Shown piece by piece: positions 30,643-38,774 of a stretch of DNA of 64,000 bases; positions within the stretch are counted from its first letter, which is position 1, and each line of letters starts with the position of its first letter. A program made the translations under genes and the position numbers. The notes beneath the pieces are model-generated. The model made no database searches. It had not been told where the DNA came from and saw only the letters and a program-made list of their open reading frames with translations. Source of the DNA: Anaerolineales bacterium (GTDB lineage: Bacteria > Chloroflexota > Anaerolineae > Anaerolineales > UBA11579); NCBI GenBank assembly GCA_963662985.1, contig OY760066.1, forward strand, positions 167,801 to 231,800, read 5' to 3'.

Positions 30643-31272
30643 ATGAATATTTGGTGGGATTCTCTTCTGCCGTTGGGGCGATTTTTTTATCTTATTGCGA
30701 TTCCATCTACATTAGTTTTATTGATCCAGTTTGTGATGTCATTGTTGGGCTTGTCTCATGACACTGATCTGGATGTACAAAATTTAGATGGGCATGTGGA
30801 TTTCAACTTAGATCATGACTTTGATATTAGTGATGGGCATGAGGTTTTTTCTGCTGATTTCCAATTTATTTCGTTCCGAAGTATTATTGCGTTTTTGACA
30901 ATTTTCTCGTGGACGGGAATTGTGATGATGTCGAATGGCAGCAGCGCAATTTTGACAATGGTTGTGTCAGTGGCGGCTGGATTGTTGGCGATGTTCGTAA
31001 TTGGATATCTGTTCTTTTTGGCGACAAAATTACAATCGAGTGGCAATATTAGTTATCAGAATGCAGTTGGGTCTACTGCGGAAGTTTATATTCCGATTAA
31101 TGAAAATACAAATTTTCAAGGAAAAGTGCAAGTTGTGGTGCAGGAACGTTTGATTGAAGCGAGTGCTATCACAAAAAATAAAAAGGGATTTTCAACAGGG
31201 GAAATTGTGCAGGTTGTTGGACTGGTTGGTTTGTCTACCCTTGTTGTTGATGAATTAAGTCCAGAAAAATAA
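30643..31272 (+). CDS. NfeD-family membrane protein (YuaF-like, C-terminal OB-fold), partner of flotillin
   Basis: N-terminal TM helices plus a C-terminal beta-barrel region (GKVQVVVQERLIEASAITKNKKGFSTGEIVQVVGLVG). Immediately upstream of a flotillin gene, as in B. subtilis yuaF-floT. Confidence 0.7.
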   Translation: MNIWWDSLLPLGRFFYLIAIPSTLVLLIQFVMSLLGLSHDTDLDVQNLDGHVDFNLDHDFDISDGHEVFSADFQFISFRSIIAFLTIFSWTGIVMMSNGSSAILTMVVSVAAGLLAMFVIGYLFFLATKLQSSGNISYQNAVGSTAEVYIPINENTNFQGKVQVVVQERLIEASAITKNKKGFSTGEIVQVVGLVGLSTLVVDELSPEK

Positions 31273-31288
31273 TCTTTAGGAGAAAAAA

Positions 31289-32713
31289 ATGGATTTTTTA
31301 ATGCTGATTATTGTTGTAATCGTCTTGCTGTTGGGGACATTTTTATCTTTATTATCAAGATATAAAAAATGCCCTTCAGATCAAATTCTTGTGATCTATG
31401 GGAAAGTTGGAAGAAATTCCACTGGTGACCATAAGAGTGCAAAATGTATTCATGGTGGGGCTGCCTTCATTTGGCCAATCATTCAAGATTATCAATTCTT
31501 GAGCTTGACACCCATCTCTATTAATGTGATTTTGACAAATGCATTGAGCCGCCAAAACATTCGTATCGATGTACCTTCCCGTTTTACGGTTGGTGTTTCT
31601 ACGGAAGCTGGTGTGATGCAAAATGCAGCAGAACGTTTGCTTGGTTTGAAACAAGCTGAAATCGAAGAATTGGCCAAGGATATTATCTTCGGGCAATTAC
31701 GTTTGGTTGTGGCAACCATGGACATTGAAGAAATTAACACAGACCGAGACAAATTCTTGTCTGCTGTTTCTTCTAACGTGGAAACTGAATTGAAGAAAAT
31801 TGGTTTGCGATTGATTAACGTGAACGTGACCGATATTAAGGACGAATCTGGTTATATCGAAGCTTTGGGTAAGGAAGCAGCTGCAAAGGCTATTAATGAT
31901 GCAAAGAAAAGCGTGGCTGAAAAGAACCGCGATGGTTCCATCGGTGAAGCTTTGGCAATGCAAGATCAACGTATTCAAGTGGCAGAAGCAAACTCAAAAG
32001 CAATTGAAGGTGAAAACCAAGCAAAAATTACAATTGCAAATTCTGAAGCATTGCGACGGGAAAAGTTAGCTGAAGCAGAACGTAAGGCAACGATTGCAGA
32101 ACGTGTTCAAGCAGCTCAAGCTTTGGAAGAATCATTTGAAGCCGAAAAACTTTCGGAACAAGCACGTGCTATCCGTGACCAAGCTACAAAAGAAGCTGAC
32201 ATCATTGTTTCTGCAGAGATTGCAAAACGACAAGCTGAAATCAACGCAGCTGCTATGGCAGCAAAAACCCGTTTGGAAGCACAAGGTCAGGCAGATGCTA
32301 TCTTCTTGAAATTGGAAGCACAAGCAAAGGGTGCCCAAGAAATTTTGACGAAACAAGCAGAAGGCTTCAAAGAAATTGTGAAGGCCGCTGGCGGTAACTC
32401 CAATGAAGCAGTGAAGTTGATGATTGCTGAAAAGATGGAACAATTGGTGGCGATTCAAGTAGAAGCTATCAAGAATTTGAAGATCGACAAAGTTACAGTG
32501 TGGGACAGCATGGGCAATGGCGAACCAGCAACTGCAAACTTTTTATCTGGGATGACTAAATCAATTCCGCCAATGAATGAATTATTTGAAATGGCTGGGT
32601 TGGAATTGCCAGAGTTTTTGGGCAAGAAAAAGGATGATGGTTTGACGGTGGAAGTTGAAGCTAAAAAAGAAACCCCAAAAGCTGACACTGAAAAGAAAGA
32701 CAAAGAAAAATAG
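31289..32713 (+). CDS. Flotillin-like SPFH/band-7 protein (FloT-like) with C-terminal EA-rich coiled-coil repeats
   Basis: N-terminal TM, SPFH domain, long Ala/Glu-rich repeats (AEAERKATIAERVQAAQALEE ... RQAEINAAAMAAKTRLEAQGQAD). Confidence 0.85.
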   Translation: MDFLMLIIVVIVLLLGTFLSLLSRYKKCPSDQILVIYGKVGRNSTGDHKSAKCIHGGAAFIWPIIQDYQFLSLTPISINVILTNALSRQNIRIDVPSRFTVGVSTEAGVMQNAAERLLGLKQAEIEELAKDIIFGQLRLVVATMDIEEINTDRDKFLSAVSSNVETELKKIGLRLINVNVTDIKDESGYIEALGKEAAAKAINDAKKSVAEKNRDGSIGEALAMQDQRIQVAEANSKAIEGENQAKITIANSEALRREKLAEAERKATIAERVQAAQALEESFEAEKLSEQARAIRDQATKEADIIVSAEIAKRQAEINAAAMAAKTRLEAQGQADAIFLKLEAQAKGAQEILTKQAEGFKEIVKAAGGNSNEAVKLMIAEKMEQLVAIQVEAIKNLKIDKVTVWDSMGNGEPATANFLSGMTKSIPPMNELFEMAGLELPEFLGKKKDDGLTVEVEAKKETPKADTEKKDKEK

Positions 32714-32745
32714 GTCTTTCTAAGAATAGAATAACAAATTGAGTA

Positions 32746-32782
32746 AAAAGTAGGGATTATAACTTCCCTACTTTTTTATTTA
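32746..32782 (+). terminator. Rho-independent terminator after flotillin gene
   Basis: GTAGGGAttataactTCCCTAC followed by TTTTTTATTT. Confidence 0.75.
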
Positions 32783-32834
32783 ATTCAATATTGCTCAAAA
32801 TGTAAACACTTATTCTTTTTTAATAAAACGGTGT

Positions 32835-32860
32835 TCAAATGGATGTTTGTTGTTTATAAT
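32835..32860 (+). promoter_or_regulatory. Candidate promoter of etf/glt-like operon (TTCAAA ... TATAAT)
   Basis: Perfect TATAAT at 32855-32860. Weak -35 with sub-optimal 14-nt spacing. Confidence 0.3.
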
Positions 32861-32872
32861 ATTCTAATTGTA

Positions 32873-32898
32873 TGACGATTGGAGGATTTCAATCGTCA
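32873..32898 (+). promoter_or_regulatory. Perfect 9-bp inverted repeat TGACGATTG-N8-CAATCGTCA in leader of etfB (candidate operator / leader hairpin)
   Basis: Read directly. The dyad lies between the TATAAT and the etfB RBS/ATG (32931). Confidence 0.5.
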
Positions 32899-32930
32899 AG
32901 AAATCATTCTTATATTATTGGAGACATTTT

Positions 32931-33764
32931 ATGCGAATCATTGTACCGATCAAACAGGTACCCGAGACGACTAACGTCAAAATGGATCCGGAAACTGGCA
33001 CGATGCTACGTTCTGGACTAGCTAGTATTATTAATCCCCTTGACCTAAATTCTTTAGAAGCAGCGCTTCAACTTAAAGAACAGATGCAGCAGCGCCAGCA
33101 GAACCAGCAAAATAAGGATGATGACCATGAAGTCATTGCAATAAGTATGGGCCCGAAGAATGCCCACTATGCTTTGAAAGAGGCGATTGCAATGGGTTGC
33201 GATCGCGCTTTTTTATTAAGCGACCGGAAATTTTCTGGGGCTGATACGTGGGCAACTGCGTATGTTTTGACACAAGCGATCAAGAAAATCGGTGATTTTG
33301 ATTTGATTGTGTGCGGTGAGCGCGCGTCTGATGGGGACACTGGACAAGTGGGTCCGGGGATTGCGGCCTTTTTGGGGTTGCCATTGGCGACCTATGTGAG
33401 CCGGGCGCAAATGATCGCTGAGGATGTGGTGCAAATTGAGCGATTGGTGGAAGACGGAACGGAAATCTTGCGTACCCCTACGCCAGCAGTGCTGACTGTG
33501 TTGAAAGAGGCTGGCTATCCGCGGTTCCCCACTTTGAAGCAAAAATTAGCGGCTGAAGAAGTGGAGATACCCACTTGGGGACCGGATGAACTGGAAGCGG
33601 ATGCGGAGAAGATCGGGCTGAAAGGCTCCCCCACCCGAGTAGTGAAGATTGACAAACCACAAGTTGGACGAAAGGCAGAGCTTGTTGCCGGCAGAGATAA
33701 AGCCGACCAAGACAATGCGGTGCAACGTGTGGTTGATTTTCTTAAAGAACGAAATTTGCTATAA
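32931..33764 (+). CDS. etfB: Electron transfer flavoprotein beta subunit (EtfB/FixA)
   Basis: MRIIVPIKQVPETTNVKMDPETGTMLRSG matches the canonical EtfB N-terminus. ...LIVCGERASDGDTGQVGP... is also EtfB-like. Start set at ATG 32931 with GGAG 9 nt upstream. The track ORF starts at 32868. Confidence 0.85.
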   Translation: MRIIVPIKQVPETTNVKMDPETGTMLRSGLASIINPLDLNSLEAALQLKEQMQQRQQNQQNKDDDHEVIAISMGPKNAHYALKEAIAMGCDRAFLLSDRKFSGADTWATAYVLTQAIKKIGDFDLIVCGERASDGDTGQVGPGIAAFLGLPLATYVSRAQMIAEDVVQIERLVEDGTEILRTPTPAVLTVLKEAGYPRFPTLKQKLAAEEVEIPTWGPDELEADAEKIGLKGSPTRVVKIDKPQVGRKAELVAGRDKADQDNAVQRVVDFLKERNLL

Positions 33765-33773
33765 GGATGAGGT

Positions 33774-34811
33774 GTGAGCATGAGTATAGCTATTGATAAA
33801 AGTGAATGGAAAGATGTGTGGACATTGGCAGAGTTTAACCACGGTAAGATGCATGGCGTCTCATTTGAATTGTTGGCATGGGGGCGTGACTTGGCAGATG
33901 ACCGTGGGTGCAAGCTGTGTTCTGTGGTTTTGACAGATGAGATTGGTGATGCTGAATTGAATCAATTATTTGCACATGGTGCCGATATGATTTATGTGGT
34001 GACACACCCCGCTTTGAAGAACTTCATCACGGAGATGAATGCAAAAGTGGTACGTAAGTTGGTGGAAGATTTGAAGCCAGAAGTGTTTTTGGCTGCTGCA
34101 ACAACAACAGGACGAACGGTGATGCCTTATGTGGCGATTCAAACACGGGCCGGTTTGACAGCAGATTGCACAGGTTTGGCGATTGACCCAGAAACGGGCG
34201 AATTACATCAAACCCGTCCGGCAATTGGGGGAAACATTATGGCGACAATCAAGACCCCTGATGCACGACCGCAAATGGCAACGGTGCGACCAAAGTCTAA
34301 GAAGCCGTTGACTGCAGATGAGAGCCGCTCTGGGGATGTGGTGCGGGTGGAAATGCCCGAAGAATTCTTTGTGACCAAAATGACTATGGACACTTTTATT
34401 GCAAATGATTTAAATGAAATACCCGTGGAAGAAGCAGACATTGTAGTTTCTGGTGGTGCTGGAGTTGGCAATTTAGGCAACTTTGCGCTGCTGGAAGACT
34501 TGGCAGATGTGTTGGGGGGTACGGTGGGAGTGAGCCGAGTGCCAGTGGACCAAGGATGGCGACCGTATATTAAGCAAGTGGGGATGTCAGGCAAGACAAT
34601 TGCACCGAAGTTATATATTGCGTGTGGAATCTCTGGGACGGTGCATCATATTGTGGGGATGCAAACTTCGGAAACGATTGTGGCTATTAACACTGATCCT
34701 GAAGCAAAAATCTTCCAAGTGGCTGACTTAGGCGTGGTGGGGGACTTGACCAAACTACTACCGAAACTAACTGCAAAAATCAAAGAAGAAAAAGAAAGGA
34801 TGGCCTTGTGA
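33774..34811 (+). CDS. etfA: Electron transfer flavoprotein alpha subunit (EtfA/FixB)
   Basis: C-terminal FAD-binding region (PKLYIACGISGTVHHIVGMQTSETIVAINTDPEAKIFQVADLGVVGDL) is diagnostic of EtfA. Confidence 0.85.
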   Translation: MSMSIAIDKSEWKDVWTLAEFNHGKMHGVSFELLAWGRDLADDRGCKLCSVVLTDEIGDAELNQLFAHGADMIYVVTHPALKNFITEMNAKVVRKLVEDLKPEVFLAAATTTGRTVMPYVAIQTRAGLTADCTGLAIDPETGELHQTRPAIGGNIMATIKTPDARPQMATVRPKSKKPLTADESRSGDVVRVEMPEEFFVTKMTMDTFIANDLNEIPVEEADIVVSGGAGVGNLGNFALLEDLADVLGGTVGVSRVPVDQGWRPYIKQVGMSGKTIAPKLYIACGISGTVHHIVGMQTSETIVAINTDPEAKIFQVADLGVVGDLTKLLPKLTAKIKEEKERMAL

Positions 34812-37378
34812 TGGCAACTCCTATCAAAAAAACAAGTCGTTATCATATTGAAACTGCTCCTGCACCGGCACCTTTTGATTATCCGGTGGATTTTCGTAAA
34901 GATGTGAAGGATGATTATGTAAAATATGGGCATCAAGGATTGCCCTATCATCGCACTGGGGGAGACCCACATTGGACGCCACAAGTGATTTCTCAAATTT
35001 GGTATCAAGCAGAAACAGGGAAGATTCCGATTTCGGGGGCTGGCTATGGTGGTGGATTTGCAGAACATGGCTTTGATGGTATTTGGCTGGATATGTCTGA
35101 AATTGTGCGCCCTACTCGAGATGGAATCCATGGTCGGGAATATATTTCTACGATCATTGACTTGGGAGTGCGGTTGCCTCAATTGCATTTTAGCGAAGAA
35201 GGATTGTTGGTGGAAGAGACACCAAAGATGCTCTCAATCCCAGTGCCAATTGTGTTTGACCCAATCCCAATGAAAATTCCGGGACGAGCATTACATCTAT
35301 CTGTGGCGAAAGCGGCACATGCTTTGAAAGTGTTTGCATTGATTAAATTTGAAGATCTTGCAGAGGATTTATTGCCCTATCAAGATGCAATTATCCCCTT
35401 ATTGGAAGATTTGGATAAATTGGACAGTGACTGGGTGAAACAAGCCCCGATGGTGGCAGTGGCCGCTGATGGCAAGACTGCAATGGCACGCTATGCTGAG
35501 GTGACAAAGGCTTTGCCTGAAGCAACGGTGATGATGCGATTGCCAATGACACCGAGCACTAAAGAGACAGTGCATGCTTTGATCGATGCAGGATGTGCTT
35601 CTTTTCATTTTTATGCGGATGACCAAGCCGAAGAATTTGAGGGGACACGGTCTTTGCCAAAGGCTTTGATCGAATTGCACAATGAATTGATTGACCGACG
35701 CACAAGAGATTTGGTTTCGATTGTGGTGAGCGGTGGGATTGCAAATGCAGAACATTTGCCTAAGTCGATCATCTGCGGAGCGGATGCAGTGGCGATTGAT
35801 TTTGTGACGATTTCCGCTTTGGGATGCGCTTTGTGGGCAGATATTCGACATGGTTGCAAAGTGGAAAAGGGTGAGATTGACCCTGAGTGGGGGGCACAAC
35901 GATTGATCAATTTAGTGAATGCATGGCGTGACCAATTGCTGGAAGCGATGGGAGCAATGGGACTGCGAGAAGTGCGCCGAATGCGGGGTGAAATGGGACG
36001 AGCGATGTTTTATGATGAAGAAGAAGCACGCTTCCGAAAATTGTTCACTCGACCAGAAGGGGTGGATGTGCCAATGTTGCCGGCATTGAAGGCGAATGAT
36101 GCAGAAATTGAAGGTGATTTGCGTTGGACAACCCAATTATTATTGGCTACGGCAGAACAAGCACGCAGTGGTAAGCCGGGAACGTCTAAGTTGGAATATC
36201 GACATGGGCGCTCAAATGGCGGCTTTGACCGAATGCGATTCTTATTTGAATTAGAAGAAGATATGAGCAAGTTTGCGTGGGATGAAGATGCTGTGGACGA
36301 AGTGGACCTGAGCTTGGCCTTGAACCATCGTGAAGACGGACGGCCTGAATTGACGATTCCGCAACCTTGGTATGGCGGGGGGATGTCGTTTGGGTCCGTG
36401 AGTGTGAACACGATGCTGTCACGTGTGCGTGCAGCAGAAGCTTTTGATTCGTTTATTTCCACTGGCGAAGGTGGGTATCCGGAAGATTTGATTCCCTATT
36501 CTAAACATATGATTACTCAAGTGGCAACAGGGCTGTTTGGGGTTCGGGAAGAGACAATCCAACGCGCACCAATTGTGGAGTTTAAGTATGCTCAAGGTGC
36601 CAAACCCGGCTTGGGAGGGCACTTGTTGGGTAGCAAGTCTACGGAAGCAGTGGCAAAAATGCGCCAAGCGGTGCAAGGGATTAGTTTGTTCTCTCCGTTC
36701 CCATTCCATAGTGTGTATTCGGTGGAAGACCATAAAAAGCATGTAGACTGGATTAAGACGGTGAATCCGGAAGCGTTGATTTCGGTGAAAGTGTCTACGC
36801 CAACAGATGTGGATATGGTGGCAGTGGGCTCCTATTATGCAGGGGCGAATATTTTGCATGTGGATGGTGCGTACGGAGGTACGGGGGCAGCACCGGAAAT
36901 TGCGAAGAAGAATATTGCGTTGCCGATTGAATATGCGATTAGCCGCATCCATCATTTTTTGATTAATGAAGGGATTCGCGACGAATTAGTGGTGATTGCT
37001 TCAGGTGGTGTGCGCACGGCATTTGACATTGCAAAGGCGATTGCGTTGGGGGCTGATGGAGTGGTGATTGGCACAGCAGATTTGGTGGCGATTGGATGTG
37101 TTCGGTTGGCATGTTGTGAAAAGGATGATGGCTGTCCGTTTGGGATTACTACGACGGATCCAAATTTAGCGAAGCTGGTGCAAGTGGAAGAATCGACAGA
37201 ACGAATTAAGAATATGTATGCTTCATGGAAAATCCAATTAGCGACTATTTTGAAGAAATTGGGGATGCGCTCGATTGGTGAATTGCGCGGACGGACGGAC
37301 CTGTTGGTGTATTTGGATAAAGAAGGTGATTCCTATCAAGGGACAAAAATAAATCATAAGGAGAACATCCATGCATAA
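34811..37378 (+). CDS. Glutamate-synthase-family FMN/TIM-barrel protein with two tandem GltS-domain-2-like modules (GlxC / archaeal GltB-like); second module carries Cys cluster
   Basis: The C-terminal module has the Glu_synthase FMN-domain signature (…ASGGVRTAFDIAKAIALGADGVVIGTADLVAIGCVRLACCEKDDGCPFGITT…) and a G-rich FMN-phosphate loop. The N-terminal module repeats the same pattern in degenerate form (…IVVSGGIANAEHLPKSIICGADAVAIDFVTISALGCALWADIRHGCK…). ATG 34811 overlaps the etfA stop. Confidence 0.8.
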   Translation: MATPIKKTSRYHIETAPAPAPFDYPVDFRKDVKDDYVKYGHQGLPYHRTGGDPHWTPQVISQIWYQAETGKIPISGAGYGGGFAEHGFDGIWLDMSEIVRPTRDGIHGREYISTIIDLGVRLPQLHFSEEGLLVEETPKMLSIPVPIVFDPIPMKIPGRALHLSVAKAAHALKVFALIKFEDLAEDLLPYQDAIIPLLEDLDKLDSDWVKQAPMVAVAADGKTAMARYAEVTKALPEATVMMRLPMTPSTKETVHALIDAGCASFHFYADDQAEEFEGTRSLPKALIELHNELIDRRTRDLVSIVVSGGIANAEHLPKSIICGADAVAIDFVTISALGCALWADIRHGCKVEKGEIDPEWGAQRLINLVNAWRDQLLEAMGAMGLREVRRMRGEMGRAMFYDEEEARFRKLFTRPEGVDVPMLPALKANDAEIEGDLRWTTQLLLATAEQARSGKPGTSKLEYRHGRSNGGFDRMRFLFELEEDMSKFAWDEDAVDEVDLSLALNHREDGRPELTIPQPWYGGGMSFGSVSVNTMLSRVRAAEAFDSFISTGEGGYPEDLIPYSKHMITQVATGLFGVREETIQRAPIVEFKYAQGAKPGLGGHLLGSKSTEAVAKMRQAVQGISLFSPFPFHSVYSVEDHKKHVDWIKTVNPEALISVKVSTPTDVDMVAVGSYYAGANILHVDGAYGGTGAAPEIAKKNIALPIEYAISRIHHFLINEGIRDELVVIASGGVRTAFDIAKAIALGADGVVIGTADLVAIGCVRLACCEKDDGCPFGITTTDPNLAKLVQVEESTERIKNMYASWKIQLATILKKLGMRSIGELRGRTDLLVYLDKEGDSYQGTKINHKENIHA

Positions 37379-38774
37379 ATTGACGACCTCCCGAATTGAT
37401 CGGATTTTGGATTCGCGCCGAAAGCTCTATGACGATGCTGTTTTGCACCCGAATAATTCTCGTGAAGAAGCCGCAGAAGGCGGTTGTGGTGTAGTGGGGG
37501 TGACGAGTTCCTTCCCAGTGGCGGGACGACATTTCTTCCCTGCGGCAGAGCAAATGCATAACCGTGGGAATGGGAAAGGTGGCGGAATTGCGGCGGCTGG
37601 TTTGAACCCGGCACAAATGGGTGTTACGGCGGATGTTTTGCGCGATGCAACGATGTTGCAAGTGGCTTATTTGGATGCGGATTGTGTGGCTGAAGTGGAA
37701 GCGGAATGTATCTTCCCTGTCTATGATGTGTTGACATCCTATCGAGTGGACACGGTGGAGGATTACCGAGAGATTGAAGGATTAGAAATTCAACCACCGG
37801 ACGTGGTGCGCTATTTTGTGCGGGCAAAAAAAGACTCATTGGCTGATTTTGCCAAGGATAATGCGCTAGAAGACTTGACCGCGCGCGAATTGGAAGATGA
37901 ATTTGTATATCGCAATAGCTTTTTCCTAAACACAAAATTCTATGCAAGTTTGGGTGAACAACGGGCTTTTGTGATGTCTCATGGGCGCGATTTGTTAATC
38001 TTTAAAATTGTGGGGTATGCAGAAGAAGCGGCGAAATATTATAAGCTTGATGAGATGGAAGCGCATGTGTGGATTGCCCATCAACGCTATCCGACAAAAG
38101 GGCGAGTGTGGCACCCCGGGGGAGCGCACCCCTTCATTGGTATGAACGAGGCTTTGGTGCATAATGGGGATTTTGCGAATTATCATGCAGTGTCGGATTA
38201 TTTGAAACAACGGAATATCAAACCTTTATTCTTGACCGATACGGAGATTAGCGTGTTGTTGTTTGATCTGTTGGATCGTACCTATCATTATCCGTTGGAA
38301 GCCATTGTGGAAGCATTGGCACCAACCACAGAACGGGATTTTTTGAAATTGCCAGCAGAAAAACAAACGCTCTATCGCCAAATTCAAAAAACACATATCC
38401 ATGCTTCTCCTGATGGACCATGGTTCTTCATCATTGCACGCAGTCAACCTGAAAAGGACTTGTGTCAATTGCTGGGGATTACGGATACCTCGATGCTGCG
38501 CCCACAAGTGTTTGCGTTGGTCGACTCTGAGATGGAAGGCAAACGCTATCAAATGGGACTGTTGGGCTCTGAAAAACAAGCGATTGATGCAACCTTGAAG
38601 AGCTTGAGCAAAGAATATACGGCGATTCCGACAGTGGCAGACCGTTATTGGAATGCACGAGGGGGGTCTTATAATGATGGCGGTTCCTTCACTTTTTCGG
38701 TGCGCAAGAAAAGCCCCGATGCCCCCTATGGGAGCATGCGCGAGTTGTGTGCCGCAACAAGTTTGGAGAGGTGA
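37371..38774 (+). CDS. Class-II (Ntn) glutamine amidotransferase domain protein, glutamate-synthase type (GlxB / archaeal GltA-like)
   Basis: CGVVGV candidate nucleophile Cys. HQRYPTKG and HNGDFANY resemble the GltS GATase RxSTNT / NGEINT motifs. Overlaps the upstream gene by 8 nt with an AAGGAGA RBS. Confidence 0.7.
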   Translation: MHKLTTSRIDRILDSRRKLYDDAVLHPNNSREEAAEGGCGVVGVTSSFPVAGRHFFPAAEQMHNRGNGKGGGIAAAGLNPAQMGVTADVLRDATMLQVAYLDADCVAEVEAECIFPVYDVLTSYRVDTVEDYREIEGLEIQPPDVVRYFVRAKKDSLADFAKDNALEDLTARELEDEFVYRNSFFLNTKFYASLGEQRAFVMSHGRDLLIFKIVGYAEEAAKYYKLDEMEAHVWIAHQRYPTKGRVWHPGGAHPFIGMNEALVHNGDFANYHAVSDYLKQRNIKPLFLTDTEISVLLFDLLDRTYHYPLEAIVEALAPTTERDFLKLPAEKQTLYRQIQKTHIHASPDGPWFFIIARSQPEKDLCQLLGITDTSMLRPQVFALVDSEMEGKRYQMGLLGSEKQAIDATLKSLSKEYTAIPTVADRYWNARGGSYNDGGSFTFSVRKKSPDAPYGSMRELCAATSLER

